From assembly GCF_000143415.4 (NCBI RefSeq), contig NW_003314453.1:30267-94266 (forward strand): 64,000 nt of DNA, written 5' to 3'. The stretch is from Selaginella moellendorffii (Eukaryota > Plantae > Lycopodiophyta). Shown piece after piece: positions 1 through 11,980 of this stretch. The position numbers were made by a program, and so were the translations under genes. Numbering within the stretch: the stretch's first letter is position 1; each line of letters begins with the position of its first letter. The notes under the pieces were generated by a model. That model worked only from the letters and a program-made list of their open reading frames with translations, did no database searches and was not told the origin of the DNA.

Positions 1-3000
1 TGATGTTCAGTTCTATGGTTCTTTAAGAATATCTGCCAGTTTGACTCTGTCTTGAACNNNNNNNNNNNNNNNNNNNNNNNNNNNNNNNNNNNNNNNNNNN
101 NNNNNNNNNNNNNNNNNNNNNNNNNNNNNNNNNNNNNNNNNNNNNNNNNNNNNNNNNNNNNNNNNNNNNNNNNNNNNNNNNNNNNNNNNNNNNNNNNNNN
201 NNNNNNNNNNNNNNNNNNNNNNNNNNNNNNNNNNNNNNNNNNNNNNNNNNNNNNNNNNNNNNNNNNNNNNNNNNNNNNNNNNNNNNNNNNNNNNNNNNNN
301 NNNNNNNNNNNNNNNNNNNNNNNNNNNNNNNNNNNNNNNNNNNNNNNNNNNNNNNNNNNNNNNNNNNNNNNNNNNNNNNNNNNATGATGACATGAGCCGC
401 TGAATTGTGACCAGCGTTCATGTACATGTTGAGCATGTCTATGATATGAGCGTCTTCCAGTGCCTCTTTTTATGTCATCCAGCTGATCCATGAGCAACGA
501 AAGAATGCTTGTTTCCTGTGGCTTTCCAGAAGTGCTGGTTGATCACGTCCTGGATAAGCTTGATGAGCTTTTGCCTCGGCCTGAAAATGGGAAAACGTCA
601 CAAAGCTATGTACAACGCATATGGCTTTGTTGTATGCTGAGGAAGTTGATGGGGAGAGCCTGAATGCCTTGGTTGACAATGTAGTACAAGGAGAAAGTCT
701 CTTCCATGTCGAGACTGGAGTCTTTCCCATATAAAATGTAGAGGACAGTTAGAAACGTGAACTGTCATACCAGAAAAAACCAGTGTCAACAAGAAAACTA
801 AGACAATTGCTTACCGGTAAGAAGAACGATCTTATCCTGCATAGACCACCTTGCAAGGCACGCTTTTATGTTGTTGACGATGAGGGGCACATACTGCTTG
901 AGAGCTTTGGGATTGTTCACAGCAGGCTTGGAGCTTCAAGTGGCTCTTTCACAGCAGTGCTCTCCGGCCATCCTGTTTCAAAACTGTCTTTACAAATTTG
1001 CATGCTGCCATAACAGAAACGCCTTGTAAAACCCACTCGATTGTACCTGAAACCAAGAAAAAGCAACAGCTAAACAAGCGAAAGAAAGTACAAGATCACT
1101 CAACTTTGCAATGTAGTCGGTTTTCCAGACTTGAAGCCTCTGAGAAAAGCAGACACGTTGCCAAAGATCCCAGTAGAAGTGGAGGCTGTCCTGGTTTGAG
1201 CACCGTCTCATGGTACCACTTGTTGAGAAAACTCGAGAATGTCAGCAAGGCAGTGACTGCCACGCTGCTGTGGATTCCCAGTGAACAGCCTGGGATTTAC
1301 TTAGCTGGCTATCTGGACAACTTGGAGGAGGAAGAACCCCTAAATGGTATGGCATTGGCACTCAGCTATGGCATCTGATCGATTGAGCGGCTGGTCACGT
1401 ATATTAGTGGCTACAGTGATGATAACTTGTGCACAAAGCTGCTGCATTGCCAGGGCGCTCTTTGCTGGGAAATTTCAAGCAAACACTGGATATTTCAATC
1501 GGCTCCAAAATTGTAAAACAGCTATACAACACAAAATTTTAGGATTTTATCCCACACAGATCACTGCAAGAATACTGCAACCATAAACTCTTTGCCTTTC
1601 AATTCTGTAATGAGAGAAAATCTACAACAGAACAACATGGCATTAGTGTTAAAAAAAAAGATCTAAAGCGAGGGACAATGTAATCAAATTCTAAGGTTTT
1701 GCTTCTTGATCCAGTGAGCACCTGATGATGTGGGCAACAACTTGTCTAGCATCCGGCTGTACGGCTTATGCTTGCCAGGCTTGTGAAGGATTAGCGAGCA
1801 GCATCTCTTGCCAATCAGCAAGAATTGGGTATTGCAGCCTCTTCGCACTCTCCTTGCTGCTTGCATGGATGCTGCATGACCTCCAGTGAGAAAATCCCAT
1901 GTAAGTTCTTGTGATTTGCGACAACACCTACTTTTTTTCGCTTGTGGCGGGGATCAATCACTTCTCACCTGGCAAGGATTTTTTTTTTGGCACACAAGCT
2001 GTTCTATGCATGAGCTTTACATGAAGGGAAAGCAATCACAAGGACTCTTGGCATCATGGCAACTGAATGATCAAGCTCTTATCGTCTGGTCTGGTCTCAC
2101 TGTGCTTTGCCTCATCCTTCTTCCCAATGACACTGTGGATGCTGATGGTAAATCTAATGCTTTTCTCTTGGATTTATAACCATAGTTTCTTCCGTCTTCT
2201 GGCCGGAACACTCTCGANNNNNNNNNNNNNNNNNNNNNNNNNNNNNNNNNNNNNNNNNNNNNNNNNNNNNNNNNNNNNNNNNNNNNNNNNNNNNNNNNNN
2301 NNNNNNNNNNNNNNNNNNNNNNNNNNNNNNNNNNNNNNNNNNNNNNNNNNNNNNNNNNNNNNNNNNNNNNNNNNNNNNNNNNNNNNNNNNNNNNNNNNNN
2401 NNNNNNNNNNNNNNNNNNNNNNNNNNNNNNNNNNNNNNNNNNNNNNNNNNNNNNNNNNNNNNNNNNNNNNNNNNNNNNNNNNNNNNNNNNNNNNNNNNNN
2501 NNNNNNNNNNNNNNNNNNNNNNNNNNNNNNNNNNNNNNNNNNNNNNNNNNNNNNNNNNNNNNNNNNNNNNNNNNNNNNNNNNNNNNNNNNNNNNNNNNNN
2601 NNNNNNNNNNNNNNNNNNNNNNNNNNNNNNNNNNCATTGTACAGGTTTGATGCTGTCTACCACATTCTTTTCAAGTGCTCCAAGTGAAAGTTGTTGGAGT
2701 TTTCGAATCTTTATGGCTACATGCGACAGATATACCAGCTTCCTACACATCTGTTCAAGTTGTGATTGCTAGTAATGTCTTGTTCTTTTTTGTTAGATTC
2801 CAGGAGTGTCGTCCACTTGCAACCTCCCGAGCATAATGGATGGCTACTATGGGGCCTTGTTCCCTCTCAACCCATGAGGTATCCAACCAGCCATTCACTC
2901 TAGTATGGAACCAAAAGTTTGTACAACCAATAATGCTTAGAAAGAAAGTTGATATGAACTCTCAGAAAAAATTCTCTAACTATGTAACAAGTCTACTTGA

Positions 3001-3289
3001 AGCTCTTATCTTGAAAAGAAAATTTAGTTCCTTCTAGAATATATGTTTTTTATTTTTTATTGTTTATGTAATATATTTATTTTGAATTACATTTTCTTTT
3101 GTCCTTTAGCTCAATTTATAATTTTCTTACAAGAAACATCAACAAACTTACAAGATTACAGTCATGCATACTTTATTAAATGTAGTGTTACCTTTTTGTT
3201 CTGCTAAACAGTGCATAGAAGCTAATAACATGCAATCTGTGATTTCTAGACAAACTTTTATTTATAAATTTCCTCATTCCACTCACAGC

Positions 3290-5157
3290 ATTCTGTGTTG
3301 AAGAGAGCATCGAGACTTCTTGCTCATTGGGTATTAACGCAGTCACCGACTTAGTATTCTAACAAAATCCCACAGTCAAGAGTTCTCCAAACTTTCGAAA
3401 CACCACAACACTTACAAAGAATGGAATTTCATTTGTGTGAACACTATTAGAAATCCACGATAAAACCTGCAAAAATACTCTTTCTTATAGCAAAAAAGAG
3501 AGAAGAAAAGAGAAAGAAGTCTAAGTGAAACCAACCAACCTCCGAGATTTCATTTGCACCACTGTATGGAGCAATAAGCATCAAGGCTAAATCTTGCTCC
3601 TCATCATCCAAATGCCACCAGGTATTGATTCTCTTCACCACCGGCTTTTGACAGTTTGGATCTCTTCTAAAATGTATCATCAAAATCCTTGCCACGTCTT
3701 GCTCTTGGTACTGCCTCCACCCACAAGTCTCATGGACGGGTTCAGAACCGAGGCAGTAATAGCAAAATTTCTGCACAAAAACGAGGATTAATTAACCAGA
3801 GAGCTATATAAGTATCCACCTTTTGCATTTTGTTGTCAAGCCATGATAGGCTCAAACGCTTGTCTTTGTATGCAGTGGCAGCAGCAAAATTGTGGCTATC
3901 AATGTCTTCACTTACGAGCTCATCTTGCACGATCCTCATCGTCTAATATGAGAAACTCGTCAGCTAGAAACAATAGGAAAGAAAAATCTTACACTGCGGA
4001 GTTGATCAAGCTGAAAACCAGGCCTTCCAGCAACCACATTGCAGTACCATGTTTCTACATCTTTTCCAGCTGCGGAGAAGTCTGCGGGATCACATCCAAG
4101 TTTGGAACCGTGATGCTTTGCAGCTGAGGAAGAAATAAAAGCAGGCACATCAAATTGCAATTCAAAAGATAGCAAAAGGAGGAAGAGCCTACGTAGTACT
4201 TACCATATATTCTTCCACAGTTTCCATGAAGGAGTCACGGGTCAATTTACCTGCAAAGGGAAAGAAATCATCTCAAAGCTGCCGAAAAGAAGATTCTTAC
4301 CATAAACAATTATGGGCTGGACACCTGGGTCTTTGATGAAAACTACTGCCGGTGCCAACTCTAATCCAAGCCTGCTTCACACGCAAAAGCATGAATCAAT
4401 TCACGTGATTATCACTAAAACTACCGGCTTTTCCAAATCGAGCCTCCCTCTTGCCTCCACAAAACACATCCGAAAGACGTCAACTCGGAGTACTTCTTGG
4501 CCGCTTCTCTTACAAATGGAAGTGCATGCTCTCCTGTGTCAGAAAAAAGAATAACTTTCACCTAAAAAGAAGTGCAAAAGAGAGAGATTTTGATTAGCAT
4601 CGTAGGATTTTGTTTATGTTACTATACCAGCACCTTATGCGGTCCAGATTTTTGAATGAACTTGGGTATCTGTGTGACTTTAGTCAGTACTTGTTTTAGA
4701 ATTTAGTGAAAATTGTGGCTACCAAGTTCTGAGAAGAATAATAACGAATGCGAGGAAGATTGAGAAGCAGCGTTGCTGTCCCGTAAATTCATGAAGCCTT
4801 GTTCCGCTTTTCCTGACGAACACTGTAGGTACTCCAAAGCGCTCAGCTACGATTCTATACTGGACTAATCAGGCATTTTAATTTCCTACACCCCAGTGGC
4901 TTGGCAACAAGAGATGGAATCCCTGAAGAAAAAAATGAAAGAAAATGAAAGAAAATAGGAGGTTTACGTGTTTACCATGGCGTCTGATCCACCTCTTTCC
5001 TGCCAAGAGCTTTGCGAGTTGAACTTCTCCTAGTTCGACTCTCAAAAGATTAACTTGGCCTTCGAGAACTTCCGCTGGAACCACGAACAGCATGGCTGGA
5101 AAAAACACGAACATGCAAAGCATTACCCAGCCTTTCCCACACTGGTGAGATCACAAA
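3290..5157 (-). pseudogene. Multi-exon fragment of a plant DnaJ/thioredoxin-fold protein (DNAJC16-like), J-domain missing
   Basis: GT-AG exons translate to SPVWERL/AEVLEGQVNLLRVELGEVQLAKLLA, GIPSLVAKPLGCRKLKCLI, LLNLPRIRYYS, KSGPHK/VKVILFSDTGEHALPFVREAAKKY, LAPAVVFIKDPGVQPIIVYG, KLGCDPADFSAAGKDVETWYC, KDKRLSLSWLD, FCYYCLGSE and VLSWISN. This order matches my recollection of that family. The N-terminus is absent and there are internal deletions. Confidence 0.7.
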
Positions 5158-5208
5158 CTTGGAAACGCAAATGAATTCGCGAGTTTAAAACCAGCACAAT
5201 GTATGTAC

Positions 5209-5786
5209 CTGTGTCCAGAATATAAACGTCGTTTAGATAGGCATTACCAGCATCCTCGCCACCCATGACAACGAAACAGTTCTTATAAAAAGAGCAGGTA
5301 TGGCTATCCTGAGGAATAGGCGAGACTCCAGTGGTAGAAATCTTCTTCCAGACAAAAGTATCTACAGGAAAAAAAAAGTTTAGAAGAAAACAAGGAAAGA
5401 TAACAGGATATTACTCGTGTTCAAAACATGGAGGTCATTGTAGTACTACTCCTCTGAGGGATCGCTGGATTTCCCACATCCCCCAAACACAAACAGGTTG
5501 TCACCGATGAGAGACGCGCTATGTCCTTCTCTCGGAGCAGGAACATCACCAAAAACGTCAGGTTTCCCCCAGGTGTTGGTAGCTGCATCAGGTGATAAGA
5601 ACAAGAAAAAAACAATCGATAGAACTCGGAGCTTACCAGTATCCAAAACAAAGAGATCGTTGAGCGGGCTGGTTCCATCGGTACCACCAAACACATAGAG
5701 CTTAGACTTGACGGCCGTTGAGCTGTGGCTGTCTCGAGGAGAAGGGTGCGTTCCTTTCATCACAGGCTTGCTCCAGGTGTACGTCC
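5209..5786 (-). pseudogene. Kelch-repeat (galactose oxidase/kelch) gene fragment, 3 exons
   Basis: Exons 5786-5637, 5582-5415 and 5361-5209 have GT-AG borders. They give PSPRDSHSSTAVKSKLYVFGGTDG, PAPREGHSASLIGDNLFVFGGCG and PIPQDSHTCSFYKNCFVVMGGED. There is an in-frame TAG in SEE*YYNDLH. Confidence 0.88.
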
Positions 5787-6071
5787 CTGCGCAATCCCAC
5801 CAGAAGAGTGAAGAACCGATGACAACGTGAATCCCCTCGTAATCCAATCTGCAAAGCATACATAAGCAAAGCATTCCCTCCCAGTCGATGGAGCGGTTGC
5901 AAATCTAGAATTGAAACAGTGCCTCCCATATTGCCATCTTGGCCGTCTATATCAATCTTCACAGATTTGGATAGTCGGATTAATAGTATCTACCATAAGT
6001 AAAATTGAATATTCTAAAAATGGAATATGTGACGCCGATGCCAAAATAGCAACTTTAAATAAAGAGTTTGA

Positions 6072-6098
6072 CTAGCAAAGACCCCAGCTCCGCTGGGA
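6072..6098 (-). other. Helitron 3' terminus (hairpin + CTAG)
   Basis: The minus strand reads CCCAGC-GGA-GCTGGG GTCTTTG CTAG|T, a GC hairpin just upstream of CTAG. Confidence 0.85.
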
Positions 6099-7152
6099 GA
6101 TATAGCATACCCAAGATCTTCTTTTCTAATTTTACAATGTTAAAAATTTTGATTATATACAAGTTCAAATGATATTATATCAATTGTTATAAGATATAAT
6201 TTCTTTCTCTTGATATCAATTGTTTAAATGCAAAAGACTGGCATTCTGGCCATGCACAGCTCTACATGACTCAATGCCATACAACTCCATACCATTGGGA
6301 TGCCTTTGAAGGAAGACATCACTCGAGCTCTTTAGTCAACTTTGCTCCTGGTTTCAGCAAGACACAGGTGGCCTTGCATCCACAAACAATGAGCTCCTCC
6401 TGTACAAGTGCCTCTTTATGGGGCAAAACCGTCACAAAAAATGAATAAAAGCATTTCAACCCTTTTACCATGTGTTTTAATCTAGGCAGTCATTTGAAAG
6501 TGATCAAATAGTAACTACCCAAGTCCTCCAAGTGAGAATGGAATTGAGAGATAACATATAATAAGTAAAGAAAACATTCTTAATCAGCAAATCAGCAAAC
6601 ATGACAACAGATGATGTACCTGCTGACAAATCTTGCAGATGGTGTCCTCTTTTTTGTTGCACCAGTGCTACACATGCGTTTGATGAGCATACTACCAAAC
6701 ACAAAAGAGAGAAAAAAAATGAGGAAGAGCCAGAAAATTGTTTAGAACTCTCAGACCACATATTATAGAAAATTATAAGATTATTAAGATCTAGAAAATT
6801 TCAGTTCAATCATAAAATTAAAATTAAATTATTAAACACAGCAACTATCTAAAGGAGAACATGATTATCAACAAACATAGATTATAAGACATATTAATAT
6901 ATTTTATAAACATAGATCTAGCACTTAAATAATAATATTGTTATATTTTTTTATGGTACTATAATTAATAGAGTATAATAACATTATCACTGCTAGATTA
7001 TACATATTAATCTATATATGTGGTCTTAGAACTCTCAGACTAAGTATTTCAGTCTTCAAGATTAGCATTTTCTATAACATCCATCTTACATTATGTAAAT
7101 ATCATATAATAGTGTATTACAGAGTTCAGTAGTTATAACAGAATCCATAATC

Positions 7153-7178
7153 TTAGCAGAGACCCCAGCTCCACTGGG
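7153..7178 (-). other. Internal degenerate Helitron 3' end
   Basis: CCCAG-TGGAG-CTGGG GTCTCTG CTAA, with the same subterminal block (gggagatata.catacccaagat) as the 6072 end. Confidence 0.7.
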
Positions 7179-7530
7179 AGATATAACATACCCAAGATAA
7201 TTAATTCTTCTTTTCTAATTTTACAATATTAGAAAATTTTATTATATATAAAGTTAAATTTATCTAAAATTTTCTAGTATTCATCTCCAAAGAAATGTAC
7301 AATAATGTAAATAAATAATAATGCATGTTGGGGAAGTAAAATCATTTTTTATCGTCATTAAATTTGAATTTGATGTTTTTATTGTCTTTATTTAAAAATG
7401 CACAACCCTAAATACATCTACAGGATTTCTGTTATGCTTTAAAAGCAATTAAATTTTCACAAAACCAAAGAATCATAGACTACCAAAAAATAATAGATTA
7501 GTTTAGAGAAATTATAATTTTAATTGCATA
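7176..7530. repeat. AT-rich Helitron subterminal block (other copies about 6095-6180 and 9321-9640)
   Basis: gggagatata.catacccaagat...cttcttttctaattttacaat.tt occurs three times. The 7.2-kb and 9.3-kb copies stay alignable for about 300 bp. Confidence 0.75.
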
Positions 7531-7682
7531 CTGAGTTAAATTCTTTTTATGTGAACTATAATGATGCCTCTAACATTCATACTTTACTAAATAAAAATAG
7601 AATTTCTATTATATGTCTGGTTTAACATTTTAAAACATACATAAATAAATCTATCTAGCTTGCTACCACGTTTTGTTTTATT

Positions 7683-7870
7683 TGAGAAAACTCTGGAATT
7701 TCAACATTTTGGGAGGTCATCCTACTCTAACCCTAAGATATTAAACCCCCTGAGTATCCTAATACCCTTAACCAATTGGAATAAAATGTGCACTTTTATT
7801 TAAAAATCCTTTCCCTTTATATTTAATTTTCTATATATCATCTTTCAAATTATTCTTTTTTGTTGCATAT
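7683..7870 (-). mobile_element. Highly decayed Cassandra solo LTR
   Basis: gggaggtcatc...cccttaaccaattggaa...tgcacttttatt...cctttccctttatattt aligns to the Cassandra LTRs at 40918 and 51443. Confidence 0.55.
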
Positions 7871-7956
7871 AATCCACCATACTTCTTTTGTAAATTTACA
7901 CCCTCATGAATGAAAGCTTATAACCATCACTCTCCTAAGACCCGTGCTCTCTTGCC

Positions 7957-7983
7957 ATAGCAAGGATCCCAGCTCTGCTGGGA
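7957..7983 (-). other. Internal Helitron 3'-end variant (CTAT)
   Basis: TCCCAGC-AGA-GCTGGGA TCCTTG CTAT. Confidence 0.65.
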
Positions 7984-9686
7984 ATGTATCTTGGTTGGCG
8001 AATTTACTATTTTAAATGCATACAAGGTTAATTTGTCAAGAATTTACTACCATCTATATTCATTGTATCGTGCATTTGTTATATCATTATGATTTATTAG
8101 TTGGTGGAACTGAAGATGGTTTGGAATATTTATCATCTGGATGTCATGCCATAAGAGATAGCAATGAGTAGTTTATTTCAATGATAGACAATTATTAGTT
8201 TGTCTATACATTTTATATATTTCATAGAGCAGTTTTAAGTCATTTTAAGACTGTAGTGTGGAGTCAATTAAATATAAGTATGTAGCATCAAGTGTTTTTA
8301 ATTTTCATTTTGCTGTTAATTGTGTCAAAGTTTTTGCTTTAGTTGTGCATGTATAAAGGACCTAAGGTTGTATTTCTTGTTTACCTTTCTCCTTATATAC
8401 TAAGAGGTTTATGTTCTTATATGATAGATAAACAACCTTTTGGGCTCCTCTGTGCTGTTGTAGAAATAATACTTACAATGACAAATCATGAAAGATAAGG
8501 AAACATAAAATAAAATATCAAAGCACTGTTTTACCATCAAAGATAGAAAAACTATTTCAAGAAAATTTTACATAAGAGAAACCTTATAGATCTTCTTAAA
8601 CTAATATTCTCTTTTATCTTCATCCAAAGATAATAATTGCATTATAAAATGTTTGTATTAAGACAAACATGCAATAATGCTTCATGATAAATCTATGCAT
8701 TCATGTCTATTATATGACATGGCATTTAATATGGTATAAGATGTCTCATACATATACAAATATCAAATCCATATCTTAATAATATCTAAAAAATTAGCAA
8801 AGTCTTTTATATTTTTAATCAGTCTTGCTCATAATCTTACTTAAATCTACCAGCAGCTTTACATGAGTTTTATCTAGTCTCAATATTGACGAAATGATTT
8901 ATTTCTATAGTTAAAATATATGGTTTACATAAGTCTTTTGATCTTGCTCTAGATTTCTTCTGCATTTGTATTATCTCAATCCCTATCAAAACATAAGGAA
9001 AATATCATAATGATAACATACATAGTTAAACATAATATAATCTTTATATTAAAAATCCCTTCTACAATTCACTCTATCACTTACACACATCATAACATAA
9101 CAAATATAACTCATAACATTATATCACATTTAAAATTCTCTTTGTTGAGTGAAGTCTTCTATTCTAGTCTTGTACTGTATTTTCTATTGTATCTACTATA
9201 TACCATCTTTGCACAACAAAATTATGTTTAATTTTAATAATATAGTATTGAATCAATAAAATACTCTTTGTTCTGTAAAGGTTTTGTTATATAGAACAAT
9301 GAGTATGCTGAAATATTTTCAGGGAGATATATCATACCCAAGATAAATAGATCTTCTTTTTTAATTTTCCAATGTTAAAATTTTTGATTGTATGCAAGGT
9401 TAAATTTATCTTAATTTTGCAACTATTCATCTCCAGAGAAATGGAAAATAATGCAATTAGATAATAATACAAATGTTTGGGAAGATAAGATCATATTTTA
9501 ATCATCACTAAATTCGAAATTGAATTCTTCTATTGCCTTTATAAAAAAGTACAAAAACCTAAACACATTTACAAGATTGCTGCCATGATTTAAAATAAAT
9601 TAAATGTTCATAAAAAAAAAGAATTGTATACTACCGTCCAAAGAGAATATGCTCGCTCACTCTCTAGCACCATCAACCTTTTACCT

Positions 9687-10251
9687 TTAGGATGGAGAAT
9701 GCTTGTCTATAAACTCCTGGGAGAAGGTCCATAGCTTGTGAGCGAGCTCGGGATCTCTGCCATAAGCGCTACAGTTGGATTTGTTGGAATCCACGAAGTA
9801 TTGCCCAGTGACGTCCTTGAGGCTTGGATGTAAAGCCACGTATCACGTTGTAGCAGCGCCCTGAGAGATCGATCACATATTAGTCACAAAAAACTTCCAG
9901 ATTATTGGGAGAATTCTTCTTACCTATGGCACATTTTTTCAAAGGAAGCTGGAGAAGAACTTGAGAACCCCTGCATGAAGATCAAAGTTCCATAAGTAAC
10001 CAAAAACAATGACAAGGCAAAGAGACAAACTCATTATGTAGAATGTGTACCGCATCAAAGGTGTCATTATAAACCCTGGATGAACATGTCAACTCCTTCG
10101 GCTTAATCAGCGAAAGAGAAAGCATTGACGAAAGAGAAAGGTGGGAGAGATTACAAAGCATTAGACGAATACCTTGAATCTCATTGCCAGTTCTTTGGCG
10201 TGGAAGATGTTTGCGAGCTTGGATTGACTGTATGCTCTAGTGTCGGAGTAC
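9687..10251 (-). pseudogene. 3' fragment of a TIC32-like short-chain dehydrogenase/reductase
   Basis: Four exons: YSDTRAYSQSKLANIFHAKELAMRFK (YxxxK motif), HPGFIMTPLMR, KFFSSFL*KNVP*, and GAATT*YVALHPSLKDVTGQYFVDSN...AHKLWTFSQEF. There are several stops and the N-terminal half is missing. Confidence 0.85.
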
Positions 10252-10564
10252 CTTTTGGAAGAAAAAAGGAAGAATGTAAGCTCACGAGAAAAGAGAACTG
10301 TTTGGTGTACTAATGACGAGATTCCCAGGTGCCTTGACAGTTTCACCACCTGCTTAAGCAGCCATTGACAAGCTGTCCTTTCCACCTTCTATTGCGACCT
10401 CAAGCTCGATCATAGTGTCGTGAAAAGCAACAGCATATGTGCTCCTTCGGAATCAAGCTCAACCTGCAAAGTCAAACATATCATAAGGTGAAATATCCTT
10501 GACAAAAAAAAAAGTTCTGGCTGAGCTGCAGGATGCTCATCAATGCTCTGGTATCAATTTATAT

Positions 10565-10590
10565 TCCAGCAGAGCTGGAGTCTTTGCTAT
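10565..10590 (+). other. Helitron 3'-end variant in the opposite orientation
   Basis: TCCAGC-AGA-GCTGGA GTCTTTG CTAT on the plus strand. Confidence 0.6.
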
Positions 10591-11462
10591 AATAGTACTG
10601 CACGATAGGAATAAAGCGGGTAGGTAGAGAACAAAAATAAGTGCCCATTCCATAGCCAGGAAAAAAAGCTATTTTGATTCACTAAGATCAAGGTAGAGTT
10701 CAGTATAGTACTTTTTTCTTTTATAATTACAGAATTTTTTAAACTCTTACAGATTTGAAAACTCATGGCCTCTGTTGTGGCAAGAAACTGTGCTGTTGGG
10801 ATCCAAGGCAGTCCTCCTACAAACACCAGATAAAGTAATAATAGCACTAATAATAAATATTCACCTATAGCCAGCAAAGAAGTAATGGACGACAATGAAG
10901 ATTTGAAGCTTGGCAAGCTCGTCGGACCCATATCTCGTTACCCATTATACTTTTAGCATTGACCATTGAGCGTCATATACCAAAAGAAGGAAAACAAGAA
11001 GAAAAAGAAGGGCAGAACATCGTGAAGAAGAAGAAAAAGCAAAAATCTTAAGAAACAGAACAAAGTGAAAGCTTGGAAATGGAATAGAAAATGCGGCCTA
11101 CAGACATATGTCCTTTCAGAACCTTTCTTTAGTTGGCTGAATTTTCCTATTTCTTGTGCAGAGGTTCAACTTTGTCAAACTATGAGCGCTAGCTTCCCTG
11201 GATTTGGATGATGTCAAAGGATTTCTTAAGCATGGAAACACTCATTAGAGGCAGCAGACACGGTTTGTGACGGCTTAACCTGGACTATAAGAGCCTTGTA
11301 TCAGTGACCCACTTCATCACGGAACGACTCTCATCTTCAGATCATCGATTACTGCCAAGAAAATTCGAGGAGGAAGAAGACATGCCAAGCTGCAATACCT
11401 GAGGATGGGAAGTTGGAGAGGGAACATTTTGGTTTTGCTTCTGCTGTCTCTGAGCTAGTGTT

Positions 11463-11980
11463 TTGGATCATGATGAGAGTGGAGGATACAAGAATGGCTA
11501 CCACAGTTACTCGAGATCCTGTCCTCAAGCCAAGAGAATCATCAGGGACACTGTGAGCAAGCACACCGATTGGGACAGGACGATACCAGCAGGAGTTCTT
11601 TGCTTGCACTTCCACAACTGTTTCATCGACAGGAGTAGCTTTGCAAGATTTAAATTCTTGTCTTCTAACTTTGCTGTTCTTCAGGACTGTGATGGATCGG
11701 TTCTTCTCGACTGATGGAAGTAAAGTGTAAAAGTTGTCCCTTCCAAGCCTCATGTCCGCCAAGAGCTTCATTTTTGTCCTGGTGTTGTCTCCTGCGCTGA
11801 CACTCTTGCCATAGCTGCCAGAGATTCAACCGTCATGGTAAGTTTAGCATCTTTTATCAAGTTCTAAGATGGAGAGAAAAGTATTACCAAGTCCCAACTG
11901 GATGCTACGACGGAAGAGTTTCCATCCAGGAAAACAGCAACACCTTACAATCTCCGTTTGGGGATGCATCAGCTCTCATT
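11463..11980 (+). pseudogene. Class III secretory peroxidase fragment
   Basis: YSRSCPQAKRIIRDTV...PAGVLCLHFHNCF, CDGSVLLD, CPGVVSCADTLAIAARDSTV and YQVPTGCYDGRVS, with stops, frameshifts and deletions. Confidence 0.85.

Larger units (their letters stand above)
1..6071 (-). mobile_element. Non-autonomous Helitron A (5' part; 3' end not seen, either in a gap or beyond the window) carrying gene fragments
   Basis: The minus strand starts TCAAACTCTTTATTTAAAGTTGCTATTTTGGCATCGGCGTC at 6071, homologous to the 5' ends at 12729 and 58895. It directly abuts a hairpin+CTAG 3' end. The interior holds broken spliced gene fragments. The left limit is not determined. Confidence 0.7.

Noticed and set aside
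384-2840. Possible gene at the left end
   Set aside because: Exon-like pieces and short ORFs are present, but no recognisable family. Probably more Helitron cargo, interrupted by gaps.
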